64,000 nucleotides of DNA. Origin: Nitrososphaeria archaeon (GTDB lineage: Archaea > Thermoproteota > Nitrososphaeria > JACIWG01). The position numbers were made by a program, and so were the translations under genes. Where the stretch lies: the NCBI GenBank assembly GCA_963752255.1, contig CAVVXT010000014.1, positions 96,001 to 160,000 of the forward strand, written 5' to 3'. Shown piece after piece: positions 39,468-49,204 of this stretch (positions are counted from its first letter, which is position 1; each line of letters starts with the position of its first letter). The notes below the pieces were generated by a model. The model ran no database searches. It was not told the origin of the DNA and worked only from the letters and a program-made list of their open reading frames with translations.

Positions 39468-40376
39468 TTAACTGGATGTAAAAAGTAAATCTACAATCTT
39501 TTCAGGAACGAATTCTTTGAGATCATCGTAACCCTGCCCTGTTCCAATATAAAGAATTGGTTTCTTTGTGGCGTAAACTATTGAAATCGCACTTCCCCCC
39601 TTAGTATCCGCATCTGTTTTGGTTAGAATTACGCCATCGAAATTTGTGTATTTGAGAAACTCTTTACTTTGAGAGACAGCGTCGTTCCCTGCTAAAGAAT
39701 CCCCTACAAAAATCTTTAGATCTGGGTTGACCACTCTAACGATCTTCAAGACTTCTTCCATTAGGTTCTTGTCCGTCTGTATTCTTCCAGCGGAATCTAT
39801 TAACACGACATCTATTTTATGTGTCTTGGCATATATCACACCATCCCTTGACACAGCAGCCGGGTCAGCACCGTATCTTTGTTCTATTGTTCTAACACCC
39901 AACCTACTAGCGTGTTCCTTTAACTGTTCTATTGAACCGGCTCTGTGGGTGTCCCCGCAGACTATAACTAAAGAAAATCCTTTTTTCTTTAAAAGATTAG
40001 CGACTTTAGAAAGCGTGGTTGTCTTACCTGTCCCATTTATGCCTAGGAAAAGGATCACATATGGGGTTCCACCTTCCTTTATGGCTTCTGCCTTTTTAAC
40101 TAAATCTATTTTGGGGATTTCTTTAAAAATTTCTAGAATCGATTGTTTTAGGCTATCTTGAACGAATCTCTTTACTTCCGAAGACGGAACCTTTTTCCCG
40201 ACAATCTTGCTTTTAAGGTTCTTGACTATTTCTTCTGCTACTTCGTATGCGACATCGCATTCGAGGAGAGATAATACTAGTTCATTCAGTATAGGATCGA
40301 GGTCTTTAGCGTTAAGTTCTTTTGTAGAAAGAGTTGAAACTATCGCCGAAAAAGTGTTCTTTAGCTTCTCGAACAA
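39468..40376 (-). CDS. ftsY: SRP receptor FtsY
   Basis: GINGTGKTTT, DTHRAG, DSAGR, TKTD and GTGQ motifs. Confidence 0.96.
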   Translation of the reverse strand: MFEKLKNTFSAIVSTLSTKELNAKDLDPILNELVLSLLECDVAYEVAEEIVKNLKSKIVGKKVPSSEVKRFVQDSLKQSILEIFKEIPKIDLVKKAEAIKEGGTPYVILFLGINGTGKTTTLSKVANLLKKKGFSLVIVCGDTHRAGSIEQLKEHASRLGVRTIEQRYGADPAAVSRDGVIYAKTHKIDVVLIDSAGRIQTDKNLMEEVLKIVRVVNPDLKIFVGDSLAGNDAVSQSKEFLKYTNFDGVILTKTDADTKGGSAISIVYATKKPILYIGTGQGYDDLKEFVPEKIVDLLFTSS

Positions 40377-40379
40377 AGT

Positions 40380-40808
40380 TTATCCACTTTGTCTTTTCCT
40401 TATTGTGCCTTCTACGTTTTCTCTTAATCTTTGAAGTGTGTAGGCTGCCTGTTGTTTCTGCTGGCCTAATTCATTTAAGGCACTCCTAATTTCACTCTTT
40501 TTTTCCTGTAAAAAAATTTGAGCATTTTCAAGGTTTTTCTCTATCACTATGTTTTGGCCTACATTCACAAGCACTTTTTCTGTAACACCCATAGTGCTTG
40601 GCGCATACATTCCTCCACCTATATATACCATCGATTCAAGGTTTTTCCCTTTCGTTAATTCCTCGATCGTGTCTTCAGCATTCTGAACATCATTCAAAGT
40701 AGACATGGCGACATTCTCCCTGTTTGACAGATCCTCTAAATATTCTTCAAGATATCTTATCTGCATTACTTTTGTCTGAAGGTCTTGGTCTTCGTCTTTA
40801 ATACTCAT
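40380..40808 (-). CDS. pfdA: Prefoldin alpha subunit
   Basis: Coiled coils flanking the VYIGGG and VLVNVG hairpins; lies between aIF6 and ftsY. Confidence 0.9.
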   Translation of the reverse strand: MSIKDEDQDLQTKVMQIRYLEEYLEDLSNRENVAMSTLNDVQNAEDTIEELTKGKNLESMVYIGGGMYAPSTMGVTEKVLVNVGQNIVIEKNLENAQIFLQEKKSEIRSALNELGQQKQQAAYTLQRLRENVEGTIRKRQSG

Positions 40809-40861
40809 ATCCTGTGCAAATGTAGTTCAAAAATGTAGGTTAAAAGTGTTTTCAATTATCC

Positions 40862-41524
40862 CTATTTGAATGTCGTTGATAGGTTAAGTAATTCCGTCCC
40901 ATTTGTTAGGCTTCCAACAATTATTCCTTTTGAGTTTCCAAGTATTCCTGAGGAAACAAAGGGCACACCGTTATTTATAGTGCAAGGGATCACGTCCGTT
41001 TTGAGAATCGATTTTATCTCTTGAATTTCCTTCTCCGAGGTAAGAGGATGTACTAATGTTCCAGCGTTTGTACAAAAAATAAGGGATCCTACTGTTAAAT
41101 ATCCAGCTATATTCATGCGTTCAACAGGCACGCCTAGCACATCTTGGATCAGCTTAACGTGGGTCGTAGAAAGGAGGTTTGACGCTACTCCACCGAAGTC
41201 GTTTACAGCGACTAGGTTTCCTATTGCGTTGTAGTTTGAAGGAAAACGTTCGACATTCATGCCTGTCTCAGTCTTTAAACTCTTGAGTTCATCTTCTTCT
41301 ATAAACCGGGATACAAGTATGCCGCTGCTGTTCATAGCAGTTAGAGGGCCAATGATCCTCAAACCATCTATTGACGTATGAACACAAGGGACTTTAACGG
41401 ATGAAGAAAGTTTATCCGCTTTAGTCGGAGCTAACCCTTTTGGTACTAAAATAGCTTTTTCGTTACATTTAAGGAACACTCCAATATTACTTGACCTATA
41501 TACATCTAAAATATTTATCTCCAC
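40862..41524 (-). CDS. eif6: Translation factor aIF6
   Basis: SNIGVF, IGNLV..ND, TVGS and TINNG motifs. Confidence 0.93.
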   Translation of the reverse strand: MEINILDVYRSSNIGVFLKCNEKAILVPKGLAPTKADKLSSSVKVPCVHTSIDGLRIIGPLTAMNSSGILVSRFIEEDELKSLKTETGMNVERFPSNYNAIGNLVAVNDFGGVASNLLSTTHVKLIQDVLGVPVERMNIAGYLTVGSLIFCTNAGTLVHPLTSEKEIQEIKSILKTDVIPCTINNGVPFVSSGILGNSKGIIVGSLTNGTELLNLSTTFK

Positions 41525-41581
41525 ATTCCATCACATTTTCATTTTTCGATATGTCTGTCATCTAGTAGCTTTTTCAATTTG

Positions 41582-42037
41582 TTATATCATCTCGTTTGGC
41601 GAATATATTCTGCCACAGTATTTACATCTTAGTAATGGTGGATCCTTTGAAGGCAAATAAAATTTGGTTTCAACATTTTCACCTGAATTGGTGATGCAAT
41701 TTAGGTTAGGGCACTTGAACATTCCAATAAATTCTTCAGGCAATTCAAGCGCCCTTTTTTCGACAACCCTATAATTTTTAATAATATTAACCGTTGCATG
41801 TGGAGTTATCAGCGAAATTTTGTTTGTAGTTTCTGGTGACAAATAAATATTCTCGATTTTTATAATATCTTTCCTGCCAAGTTTCTTGCTGGGCACGTTA
41901 ATAGCTATAGTTATGACTTTGCCCTCAGAACCACTGATTCCAAGTATAGATAACACGTGTAATGCTTTTCCCGCTTCTATATGATCTATCACTGTTCCCT
42001 CTAATATCTTCTGCACGATAAGTTCCTTTTCGGACAT
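41582..42037 (-). CDS. pyrI: Aspartate carbamoyltransferase regulatory chain
   Basis: GTVIDHI, CPNLNCIT and CKYC motifs. Confidence 0.96.
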   Translation of the reverse strand: MSEKELIVQKILEGTVIDHIEAGKALHVLSILGISGSEGKVITIAINVPSKKLGRKDIIKIENIYLSPETTNKISLITPHATVNIIKNYRVVEKRALELPEEFIGMFKCPNLNCITNSGENVETKFYLPSKDPPLLRCKYCGRIYSPNEMI

Positions 42038-42095
42038 TCCGCTCCCTTATGTACTCCTAATCAGCCCATATATTTTTATTTTAACTTGTCGTATC

Positions 42096-43043
42096 TTGTT
42101 GGAGATGGCTAAAATTAATCCATTTAAAAGCAAAGACGTGATATCAATTAAGGACTTTTCTAGAAAAGATTTGCTATATCTTTTCAAGAAGGCTGACCAG
42201 ATAGAGAAGATGCCTGACGATATTAGAATGCATCTTCTTGACGGTAAAATCCTCGGATATCTTTTCTTTGAGCCAAGCACTCGGACTAGGTTAAGTTTTG
42301 AAGCAGCTATGTTATGGCTTGGCGGTGGCGCATTAGGCTTTGCAGAACCGAAGTTCTCTTCAGTAGAGAAGGGTGAAAACCTTGCTGACACGATTAGGAC
42401 GGTAGAAAATTACGTTGATGTTCTTGTAATGCGGCATTCTAAGGATGGTGCTGCCAGTTTTGCTGCTGAAGTCGCCAAAAAACCTGTCATTAATGGTGGC
42501 AGTGGTACGGAAGAGCATCCAACTCAGGCTATGTTAGACCTCTATACAATAATCAAGGAGAAGGGTTCCATTGACGGTTTGAAGATTGGGTTATTTGGTG
42601 ACCTAAAATATGGTAGGACGGTCTACTCGCTTCTATACGGTCTCTCTATGTTCAATGTAGAAGTTAAGCTGATATCTCATCCTATTCTGAGGGTTAGAAG
42701 AGAGATACTCTTCGATCTTGAAAGAAAAATGAAGATCTCTGAACACGAGAATGTGGAAGAAGTCTTGCCCGACCTTGACGTCCTCTATGTAACTAGAATT
42801 CAGAAAGAACGTTTCCCTGATCTTGCGGAGTACGAGCGCTTAAGAAGTTCCTATTTTGTAGATCTGAAAATGCTCCTGAAAGCAAAGAAGGATCTAATAC
42901 TGTTACATCCATTACCTAGGGTGGATGAAATATCTCCCGAAGTCGATGGCTCTCCGCATGCAAAATACTTTAAACAGATGCTTAACGGAAAAATTTTGCG
43001 TGCGGCACTTTTGGCTTCGATCCTTAACGTGGATTTCCAATAG
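42096..43043 (+). CDS. pyrB: Aspartate carbamoyltransferase catalytic chain
   Basis: FFEPSTRT, HPTQ, TRIQKER and HPLPR motifs. Confidence 0.97.
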   Translation: MLEMAKINPFKSKDVISIKDFSRKDLLYLFKKADQIEKMPDDIRMHLLDGKILGYLFFEPSTRTRLSFEAAMLWLGGGALGFAEPKFSSVEKGENLADTIRTVENYVDVLVMRHSKDGAASFAAEVAKKPVINGGSGTEEHPTQAMLDLYTIIKEKGSIDGLKIGLFGDLKYGRTVYSLLYGLSMFNVEVKLISHPILRVRREILFDLERKMKISEHENVEEVLPDLDVLYVTRIQKERFPDLAEYERLRSSYFVDLKMLLKAKKDLILLHPLPRVDEISPEVDGSPHAKYFKQMLNGKILRAALLASILNVDFQ

Positions 43044-43081
43044 GAAAAGGAAAAATAGTGGTCCCAAGCTAAAGGCAGAGT

Positions 43082-43143
43082 GTGATGAGACTAATCTGCA
43101 CTGAGGGTAGGACACGCCCTGTGAAGAAATGCATCTCAACTGA
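43082..43143 (+). ncRNA. Box C/D 2'-O-methylation guide sRNA
   Basis: C GTGATGA (43082), 12-nt guide, D' CTGA (43101), AGGGT/GCCCT hairpin, C' GTGAAGA (43121), 12-nt guide, D CTGA (43140). Confidence 0.85.
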
Positions 43144-43252
43144 GATAAAAATAAGAGTTTTCGTATAGTGCTATATGGTTGAGACAGATAGTAAACGTTT
43201 ATCATGCTAAGGAATAGGTTTAAAAAACCATTCTTCAAAACTAAGAAAGGAA

Positions 43253-43340
43253 GCAGGGGTCGCCTAGCCTGGTCAATGGCGTGAGGCTTAGAACCTCATC
43301 CCGCAGGGGTTCGTGGGTTCAAATCCCACTCCCTGCACCA
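43253..43340 (+). tRNA. tRNA-Leu(TAG), CCA encoded
   Basis: GCAGGGG/TCCCTGC-A-CCA, TGAGG CT-TAG-AA CCTCA, variable arm. Confidence 0.96.
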
Positions 43341-43422
43341 ATTCCTTCTTCAACGCCTATGTCACATGGGTCTGAACTCGTTTTATCAAATTTAAAATAT
43401 TAGAGATGATGATGCTAAATAC

Positions 43423-44439
43423 ATGAAAGTACAGGTAATAGGTCTAGGCAATGTCGGAAGAAGCCTAATTCAGTTGATTGCAAAAGAAGATGAGCATCTG
43501 AAGTCACTTGGTTTTAATTTGCAATTTGTTTCGATTTCCGACTCAGGAGGCTCTGCAATAGATGAACGTGGTCTTGATCTAAATGAAGTTTTGAAGTACA
43601 AGAAGGTAGGATGGACTGGTTTTAAGAAATATAAAAAAGGGTCCACCGCTCTCGATACCATAAAAGGTATCAAAAGTGATGTTGTAGTCGAATTGACTGC
43701 TTCAACTCCTACCGGTGAACCAGGTCTCTCGCACATTAAAGCCGCATTATCTTCTAGAAAGAATGTTGTTACAGCAAATAAGGGTCCTCTAGTAGTCGCT
43801 TTTAATGAACTTGTTCAAAAGGCCAAAGATAATAATGTTAAACTTCTTTACGAGGCGACAGTCGCCGTCCATGTTCCGGTGTTTTGTCTTCTAAGCTCTT
43901 GTTTTATAGCCGACGAAGTTTTAAAGGTTGAAGGCATATTAAACGCTACAACAAACTTTATAATAGGTGAAATAGAATCAGGTAAAAGCTTCAACGGAGC
44001 TCTCGACGCCGCCATTAAAGCGGGATGGGCTGAAGTAAACTATGCCGATGATGTCGACGGCGTCGATGCAGCGAGAAAGGTAGTAATACTAGCCAATTTC
44101 CTATACCACAAAAACTTTAATCTAGAAGACGTCAACGTTGAGGGAATAAGGAAAATTGAGCCAATGATAAGGGAGGCTACAAAATCGAATAAGAAAGCTA
44201 AGTTGATATGTGAAATAATAAAGAATAACGACAAGATCCGGATGAATGTGTCACCCAAGGTTATACCAATGGACGATCCTTTAGCTACAGTAAATCATGG
44301 TAACATGGGGGTTAAGTTCACTTTCAAGACGTGTCAAGAAGTGTTTGTTTCCGCTCAGTTTACAAGTACCATGCAAACTGCCTACTCTATACTTAACGAT
44401 ATTCTGAAGGTTGAAAAATCCAACTGCAACTGTCAATAG
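43423..44439 (+). CDS. hom: Homoserine dehydrogenase
   Basis: GLGNVG, VVTANKGPL, YEATV, GILNATTN and DVDGVDAARK motifs. Confidence 0.93.
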   Translation: MKVQVIGLGNVGRSLIQLIAKEDEHLKSLGFNLQFVSISDSGGSAIDERGLDLNEVLKYKKVGWTGFKKYKKGSTALDTIKGIKSDVVVELTASTPTGEPGLSHIKAALSSRKNVVTANKGPLVVAFNELVQKAKDNNVKLLYEATVAVHVPVFCLLSSCFIADEVLKVEGILNATTNFIIGEIESGKSFNGALDAAIKAGWAEVNYADDVDGVDAARKVVILANFLYHKNFNLEDVNVEGIRKIEPMIREATKSNKKAKLICEIIKNNDKIRMNVSPKVIPMDDPLATVNHGNMGVKFTFKTCQEVFVSAQFTSTMQTAYSILNDILKVEKSNCNCQ

Positions 44440-44446
44440 ACGAAGG

Positions 44447-44471
44447 TGGCGGACTCGATGGGATTTAAACC
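44447..44471 (-). repeat. Degenerate tRNA 3'-end copy (att-like scar)
   Basis: 44449-44471 GCGGACTCGATGGGATTTAAACC versus 46867-46889 GCGGGCCCGGTGGGATTTGAACC: 19/23 identical, same orientation, preceded by TG (CCA on the minus strand). Confidence 0.5.
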
Positions 44472-44557
44472 ATTGTGGGTCTAAATCCATAACTTAAAGT
44501 TTCCCTTCCGTTCGGATGAAAGTCATGACCATCAGTTCTACACTGCGCCATTTTTGT

Positions 44558-44947
44558 TTACGTTTTCGTTCGCTCCTGACCAAACGTTAGGAACAAAGAC
44601 CATGCCGCTGCTGCAAAGCTAATCGCAGCTAATAACGAATCTCTGAATATTGAAAATGGTGATAGAGGAAATCCAAGCGAACTCTCCACGAAGACCCACG
44701 CAAGCAAGACCAAAAGCAACAATGGGACTACGAAGAATCGAGGCCGAAACCTCTTTACAAGAAAGAAAACCAGCATCGGTATCCCCGCTATCTGCCATAT
44801 CCGAGATATCAGAAGCGCATTGCCCGCGCTATTGAGCAAAGAGTTTTGCGAAGATGCGCCGACATCAACTGGTATCAAGCCTAGGCTGAAGAGTATTGAA
44901 AAAACAAACGTGGCGACAAGCACGTAGGAAGTTACTTTCCATTCCAT
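44558..44947 (-). CDS. Hypothetical membrane protein, about 4 TM segments
   Basis: Four hydrophobic stretches; GAGGAG upstream on the minus strand. Confidence 0.6.
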   Translation of the reverse strand: MEWKVTSYVLVATFVFSILFSLGLIPVDVGASSQNSLLNSAGNALLISRIWQIAGIPMLVFFLVKRFRPRFFVVPLLLLVLLAWVFVESSLGFPLSPFSIFRDSLLAAISFAAAAWSLFLTFGQERTKT

Positions 44948-45330
44948 CCCAGCCGATCTCCTCGCTTGAGGAGAAGCGAGGTTGGCTAAAAGTTTTTTGC
45001 ACCGAGAGCAAAGCGGGCTCGGTGGTTTTCTGACCCTTAATTAAGTGCAGATACCTGATTATTTATTTTTATTATATATTGTATTGCATTCAACTTTTTT
45101 AGATTCCCTATATTTGCGTGCGTGTGCTCCCCGTAAATAAACAAAGGGCTACCTTGGAAAAATTCTAATAACCTCAAGATAGCACAGGAGCTTGAAGATT
45201 TTTTAAAGTAGACCAATTAGCACAATTTTTTAATCCTAAGTATCAGTTAGAAGGAAGGTGTGTTAGTGTGTCCCTTAAATCAGATATGAAAAACTTATAA
45301 ACGATATACGATATAAATCGCTAGACTCCT

Positions 45331-46224
45331 ATGAAAGTTGCAGAAGGCATATATTTTATTCCATGTCCTATCGATGATCCTTTATCTTTCACAGGCTCTG
45401 TTGCAATCATCGGCGACACGATAACTATAGTAGATACTGGAATGCCAAATTCACCTGAACAGGCAATCTTTCCCTTCATAAAAAGCATAGGAAGAGATCC
45501 AAAAGAGATCAAACATATAGTTTTGACGCATTGCCACTTCGATCACGTAGCTGGGGTAGGCGAAATAAGGAAGTTTTCTGGAGCAGAGGTTGTAATACAC
45601 GAAGATGATTACCCATACGTTAAAGATCCTGATCTGATTGATTTGGATCTGAGTTCAAGGTTTCCTGATATTCTAATAGACGAACGTCAGTCAAAATTCG
45701 ATCCAGTGTTGGATTGCAGGATAGTGAAAGATAAAGACATTTTGAAGTTTAGTGGCCACGAATTTCGGATCGTACATGTTCCAGGCCACTCGGCTGGATC
45801 GATATGTTTTGTAGAATCTAAACTTGGAGTGTACATTGCTGGAGATTCGGTTCAGGGAAAAGGAGGCGGTACAAGTCCTTTTATTTTCTATAATGCTGAA
45901 AGATACGTTAGGTCGATGGAAATGCTAAGGCATGAGCGTATCAATTTCCTTGTTCTCGCGCATCCGTTTGCCCCTTTCTATAAGGGTGTATTATCAGGGG
46001 AGCAATGCCAGATTTATGTGGAGGCAAGCATTAAAGCAGTGAATGAATTGTCTTCTAAAGTTCTCCAGGTACTCCATAAAGCTCAGAAGCCAATGAGCCT
46101 TACTGAAATATATCAAAAGCTTCCAAACACTGTTGAAGTAACTGTCGGCTCTATTCTAGAGAAGCTTCTCTCGGAGAAAGTTGTATCGGTGTCTAAAGAT
46201 ACTCTACAGTGGTCTTCATATTAG
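45331..46224 (+). CDS. Metallo-beta-lactamase-fold hydrolase with a C-terminal wHTH-like tail
   Basis: VDTG, THCHFDH, PGHS, AGD and LAH motifs. Confidence 0.9.
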   Translation: MKVAEGIYFIPCPIDDPLSFTGSVAIIGDTITIVDTGMPNSPEQAIFPFIKSIGRDPKEIKHIVLTHCHFDHVAGVGEIRKFSGAEVVIHEDDYPYVKDPDLIDLDLSSRFPDILIDERQSKFDPVLDCRIVKDKDILKFSGHEFRIVHVPGHSAGSICFVESKLGVYIAGDSVQGKGGGTSPFIFYNAERYVRSMEMLRHERINFLVLAHPFAPFYKGVLSGEQCQIYVEASIKAVNELSSKVLQVLHKAQKPMSLTEIYQKLPNTVEVTVGSILEKLLSEKVVSVSKDTLQWSSY

Positions 46225-46611
46225 TGTCTCCTTATGCAATACTCTCTAACAAAGTCTTTTTTCAAAACCAGTCTGGGACTTTGAGTTACCTTAACTTAAA
46301 TAGACATTAATGTTATCGACAAACAACAGATTTTCGATGTAGACAAGGATCTAAAGTATCCGAATTTGATCGTGCATGTTACAGGTTTCAGTAAACACTT
46401 TGTCAGTTTATTGAATTTCGAGGAAACTGGAAGAACATATAAAAAAAAGGTAGACAATTATGAAAAATGGAGGGAATGGTGGAAACCACTTATCTTGAAG
46501 ACAATTGAAGATGGAAGGGCAAGTTTTGATATGAATAAATCAGTTGAAGGGGATGATATGGATGGTATTAAGCCTGAGGGTAGTAGTAAGGATTAACGGA
46601 GGGGATGAATA

Positions 46612-47001
46612 GTGTTAAGTAGAATCGAACTTTTCTTCTTAAAGGGAGAGCTGAACGTTGTGGGAAATGTTAACTATGAACGTGTGTTGACTTGCAGGAT
46701 AAAGAAGAAGGTAGAAAAGGGGATGAGGGAGTTGGAGGAGACAGTACCACTATTATCTCTAAAGCCACAGCTGAGGGAGTGGATAGGCAATTATGGAATT
46801 GCTGTAATCGAAAAAAAAGAGTATAGTATAGATGGAGGGGAAATGAATCTCTCTCAAAGCGTTAAAGCGGGCCCGGTGGGATTTGAACCCACGGTCCCCG
46901 GCTTCGCAGGCCGATGCCTTAATCCGTACTGGGCCACGGGCCCATATCTCATTCTCACTATTTCCTTAAAAATGCTATCATGTATTTTCACAGACTTCTA
47001 A
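46612..47001 (+). CDS. Hypothetical ORF reading antisense through tRNA-Arg; possible N-terminal piece of a split integrase
   Basis: GGAGG SD; the first about 85 codons look coding, then AGPVGFEPT is simply the tRNA antisense. Confidence 0.4.
   Translation: MLSRIELFFLKGELNVVGNVNYERVLTCRIKKKVEKGMRELEETVPLLSLKPQLREWIGNYGIAVIEKKEYSIDGGEMNLSQSVKAGPVGFEPTVPGFAGRCLNPYWATGPYLILTISLKMLSCIFTDF
46868..46943 (-). tRNA. tRNA-Arg(GCG)
   Basis: GGGCCCG/CGGGCCC-G, TCGGC CT-GCG-AA GCCGG, T arm GTGGG TTCAAAT CCCAC. Confidence 0.95.
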
Positions 47002-47151
47002 GATGAGTTTAGATTTGTCTATTTTATTCTGCTCCGACCGGTTAACATATTATCTAAGTTGGGGACGTTTAATCGCTTTAGTTCCTTAATTAAATCGGAA
47101 AACGTTCACCACTTTGGGTCAATCAAAAAAAGCTGATTAGAAAAGTTAATT

Positions 47152-47490
47152 CTAAAGAAAACGTGCTTTCTTTAACTCTCCGTTGACTTTGTTAAATTCT
47201 TTGAAGGTGTCTTTTAGTGAAATCGGCGCCTTTCTCTGCATATATTTACCTGAAATAAAAAGGGCCCATCCAACCGCATCTGATATTGTCGGATCGGGCA
47301 ACGCTACCAAAGCGATGCCGAAGTTAGAAATTTTTTTGCCAACATTTGTTGAATGAGTAATGTTATACACTCTGGGCTTTAGAGAATTCGAGTCTATACA
47401 AGAACCTGTTTTTTTTAAAAAAGAATAATGTTCATCATATTCAGTAGACACTTTTTTAATTTTATTGACCTTGTCTGAGGGCTTGTGCAT
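47152..47490 (-). CDS. Hypothetical protein with a central hydrophobic hairpin
   Basis: GIALVALPDPTISDAVGWALFISG segment; ATG start. Confidence 0.6.
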   Translation of the reverse strand: MHKPSDKVNKIKKVSTEYDEHYSFLKKTGSCIDSNSLKPRVYNITHSTNVGKKISNFGIALVALPDPTISDAVGWALFISGKYMQRKAPISLKDTFKEFNKVNGELKKARFL

Positions 47491-47579
47491 TATTGTACGT
47501 GAATATATTGTCTGTTAATTAAATCACTAAAGGTTCGAAAAATATGGTTTAACGTCAAAAAAATTTTAGCATAAAAAAA

Positions 47580-49163
47580 TTATTGTTCATCAAGTGTTGA
47601 GAGCAGTATGGTTCTTGCTTTATCAATACCTAAGTCGACAAGGTATGGACCTAGTCTTGGACCACTTTCCGTACCTAACAGAATTCTATATAGGAGCTTG
47701 AAGAAATCCTTCGGTTCCAACGAATGTTTTCTTGCTACCTCGAAAACCGCGAACTGTATCTGTTTGGGATCTAGTGTATTAAGGCTTTCCAGGAATTCGT
47801 TCACAAGCTGTTTTTCGCTATCATTTAGGAACACCTTCTTTCTCTCGACTGCCTGCATTTCTTTAGACCATTTTAGTGCCATTCCAATTTTCTGTGTTAG
47901 TCCTGGGTCTACTTCCTTTATCATCCCATACTGCTTAAGCTTGTTGCTTACATATTCTATTTCTTTACCTTCAGGTGCAACTGCGCACAGCTGTACGAGT
48001 AGAGAATATGGAACATGCTGTGAAGGTTTTTCCGGAGGACGTAGTAGGTTGATGTACTCGTACAGCCCCTTTGTCTTGGCGTCCTTCATGTCCTCGGACT
48101 CCTTTTTACTAAAATAGAACTGCTCCAATTGATCCACTTCGTCCATATAGGTCGGTATATCCGAAACTGAAAGAGTCCTCGTACCAACTATTCTCTTGTA
48201 GAGTAAAAGTAAAAGCGATTGAGTTGTCCCATACTCCAACCATGTCTGGGGAGTGAAGACGTTTCCCGCCGACTTGGATATCTTCTTCCCTCCTTTATCC
48301 AGGAACATTTCATATCTGACGTGATATGGGTGAGGATAGTTCAAGATGTTGTCAGACACCCAGTCATTGACCTTAACCGAATCGGCGATGTCTTTACCGT
48401 ATGCTTCATATCTTATATCGAGAGCAGCCCACCTTGCTGCGAACTCAACCTTCCAAGCAAGCTTACCGTGAGCTTCTGTAACCCTTACCTCGCCTTTATG
48501 GCCGCATCCTTGTATAAATTTCTTCCTTATCTCAGCTCCTTCACATTTGTATGACACTTTTTGGCTGCCTTTATCGTAGCTTATAGCTTTTGGAAGATAT
48601 ATTCTGCCACAATTTTCGCATATCGGAAAATATGGTAGCTGTTCTTCATATTTAGTTTGCCCTGTTATTTCTTCAATAGCTTTACCTATCGCATCCACTT
48701 TTTCTAAAATTTTCACTATCTGGGAATTGTAAGCGCCTCTACTATAGGCGTCGTGTCCGCTCATGAATGTATACTTGATGCCGCACATGTCCATGGCGTC
48801 CATAAGCATGGAGCTCATGTGTGACCCATAGCTTTCATGGCATTTGAAAGGATCAGGTATCGTAGAGACAGGATACGCTAAATAGTTGCTTAACCAATCG
48901 GGCAGACCGTAGGGTACCTTTCTGAGCCCGTCCATATCGTCTGAGAAGGCTATAAATTCTGACTTGTATCCAAGATTTTCTATGGCAAACTGAACAGCCG
49001 CTGCTCTTGCGGCATCCGCTAAACTGCCTACGTGGGGAATGCCGGAAGCGCCGAGCCCGCTCTCGACACGTATTAGATTCAGCGGCCTGTTAAGGCTCTT
49101 CTCTCTCTCAATAACCTTATAACCTACTAGGTCTATCCATGTACCTTTCCCTATTATTCTCAT
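47580..49163 (-). CDS. lysS: Class I lysyl-tRNA synthetase
   Basis: GASGIPHVG, DDMDGLRKVP, GKLAWK, KISKS and GPRLG motifs. Confidence 0.97.
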   Translation of the reverse strand: MRIIGKGTWIDLVGYKVIEREKSLNRPLNLIRVESGLGASGIPHVGSLADAARAAAVQFAIENLGYKSEFIAFSDDMDGLRKVPYGLPDWLSNYLAYPVSTIPDPFKCHESYGSHMSSMLMDAMDMCGIKYTFMSGHDAYSRGAYNSQIVKILEKVDAIGKAIEEITGQTKYEEQLPYFPICENCGRIYLPKAISYDKGSQKVSYKCEGAEIRKKFIQGCGHKGEVRVTEAHGKLAWKVEFAARWAALDIRYEAYGKDIADSVKVNDWVSDNILNYPHPYHVRYEMFLDKGGKKISKSAGNVFTPQTWLEYGTTQSLLLLLYKRIVGTRTLSVSDIPTYMDEVDQLEQFYFSKKESEDMKDAKTKGLYEYINLLRPPEKPSQHVPYSLLVQLCAVAPEGKEIEYVSNKLKQYGMIKEVDPGLTQKIGMALKWSKEMQAVERKKVFLNDSEKQLVNEFLESLNTLDPKQIQFAVFEVARKHSLEPKDFFKLLYRILLGTESGPRLGPYLVDLGIDKARTILLSTLDEQ

Positions 49164-49204
49164 CTATATAGGGGAAAAATTAGGGATGTAATAAAGAATT
49201 TGCT

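Noticed and set aside
41582-43043. pyrI and pyrB divergent rather than in one operon
   Set aside because: Both are intact and can share a bidirectional promoter; pyr gene order varies widely in archaea
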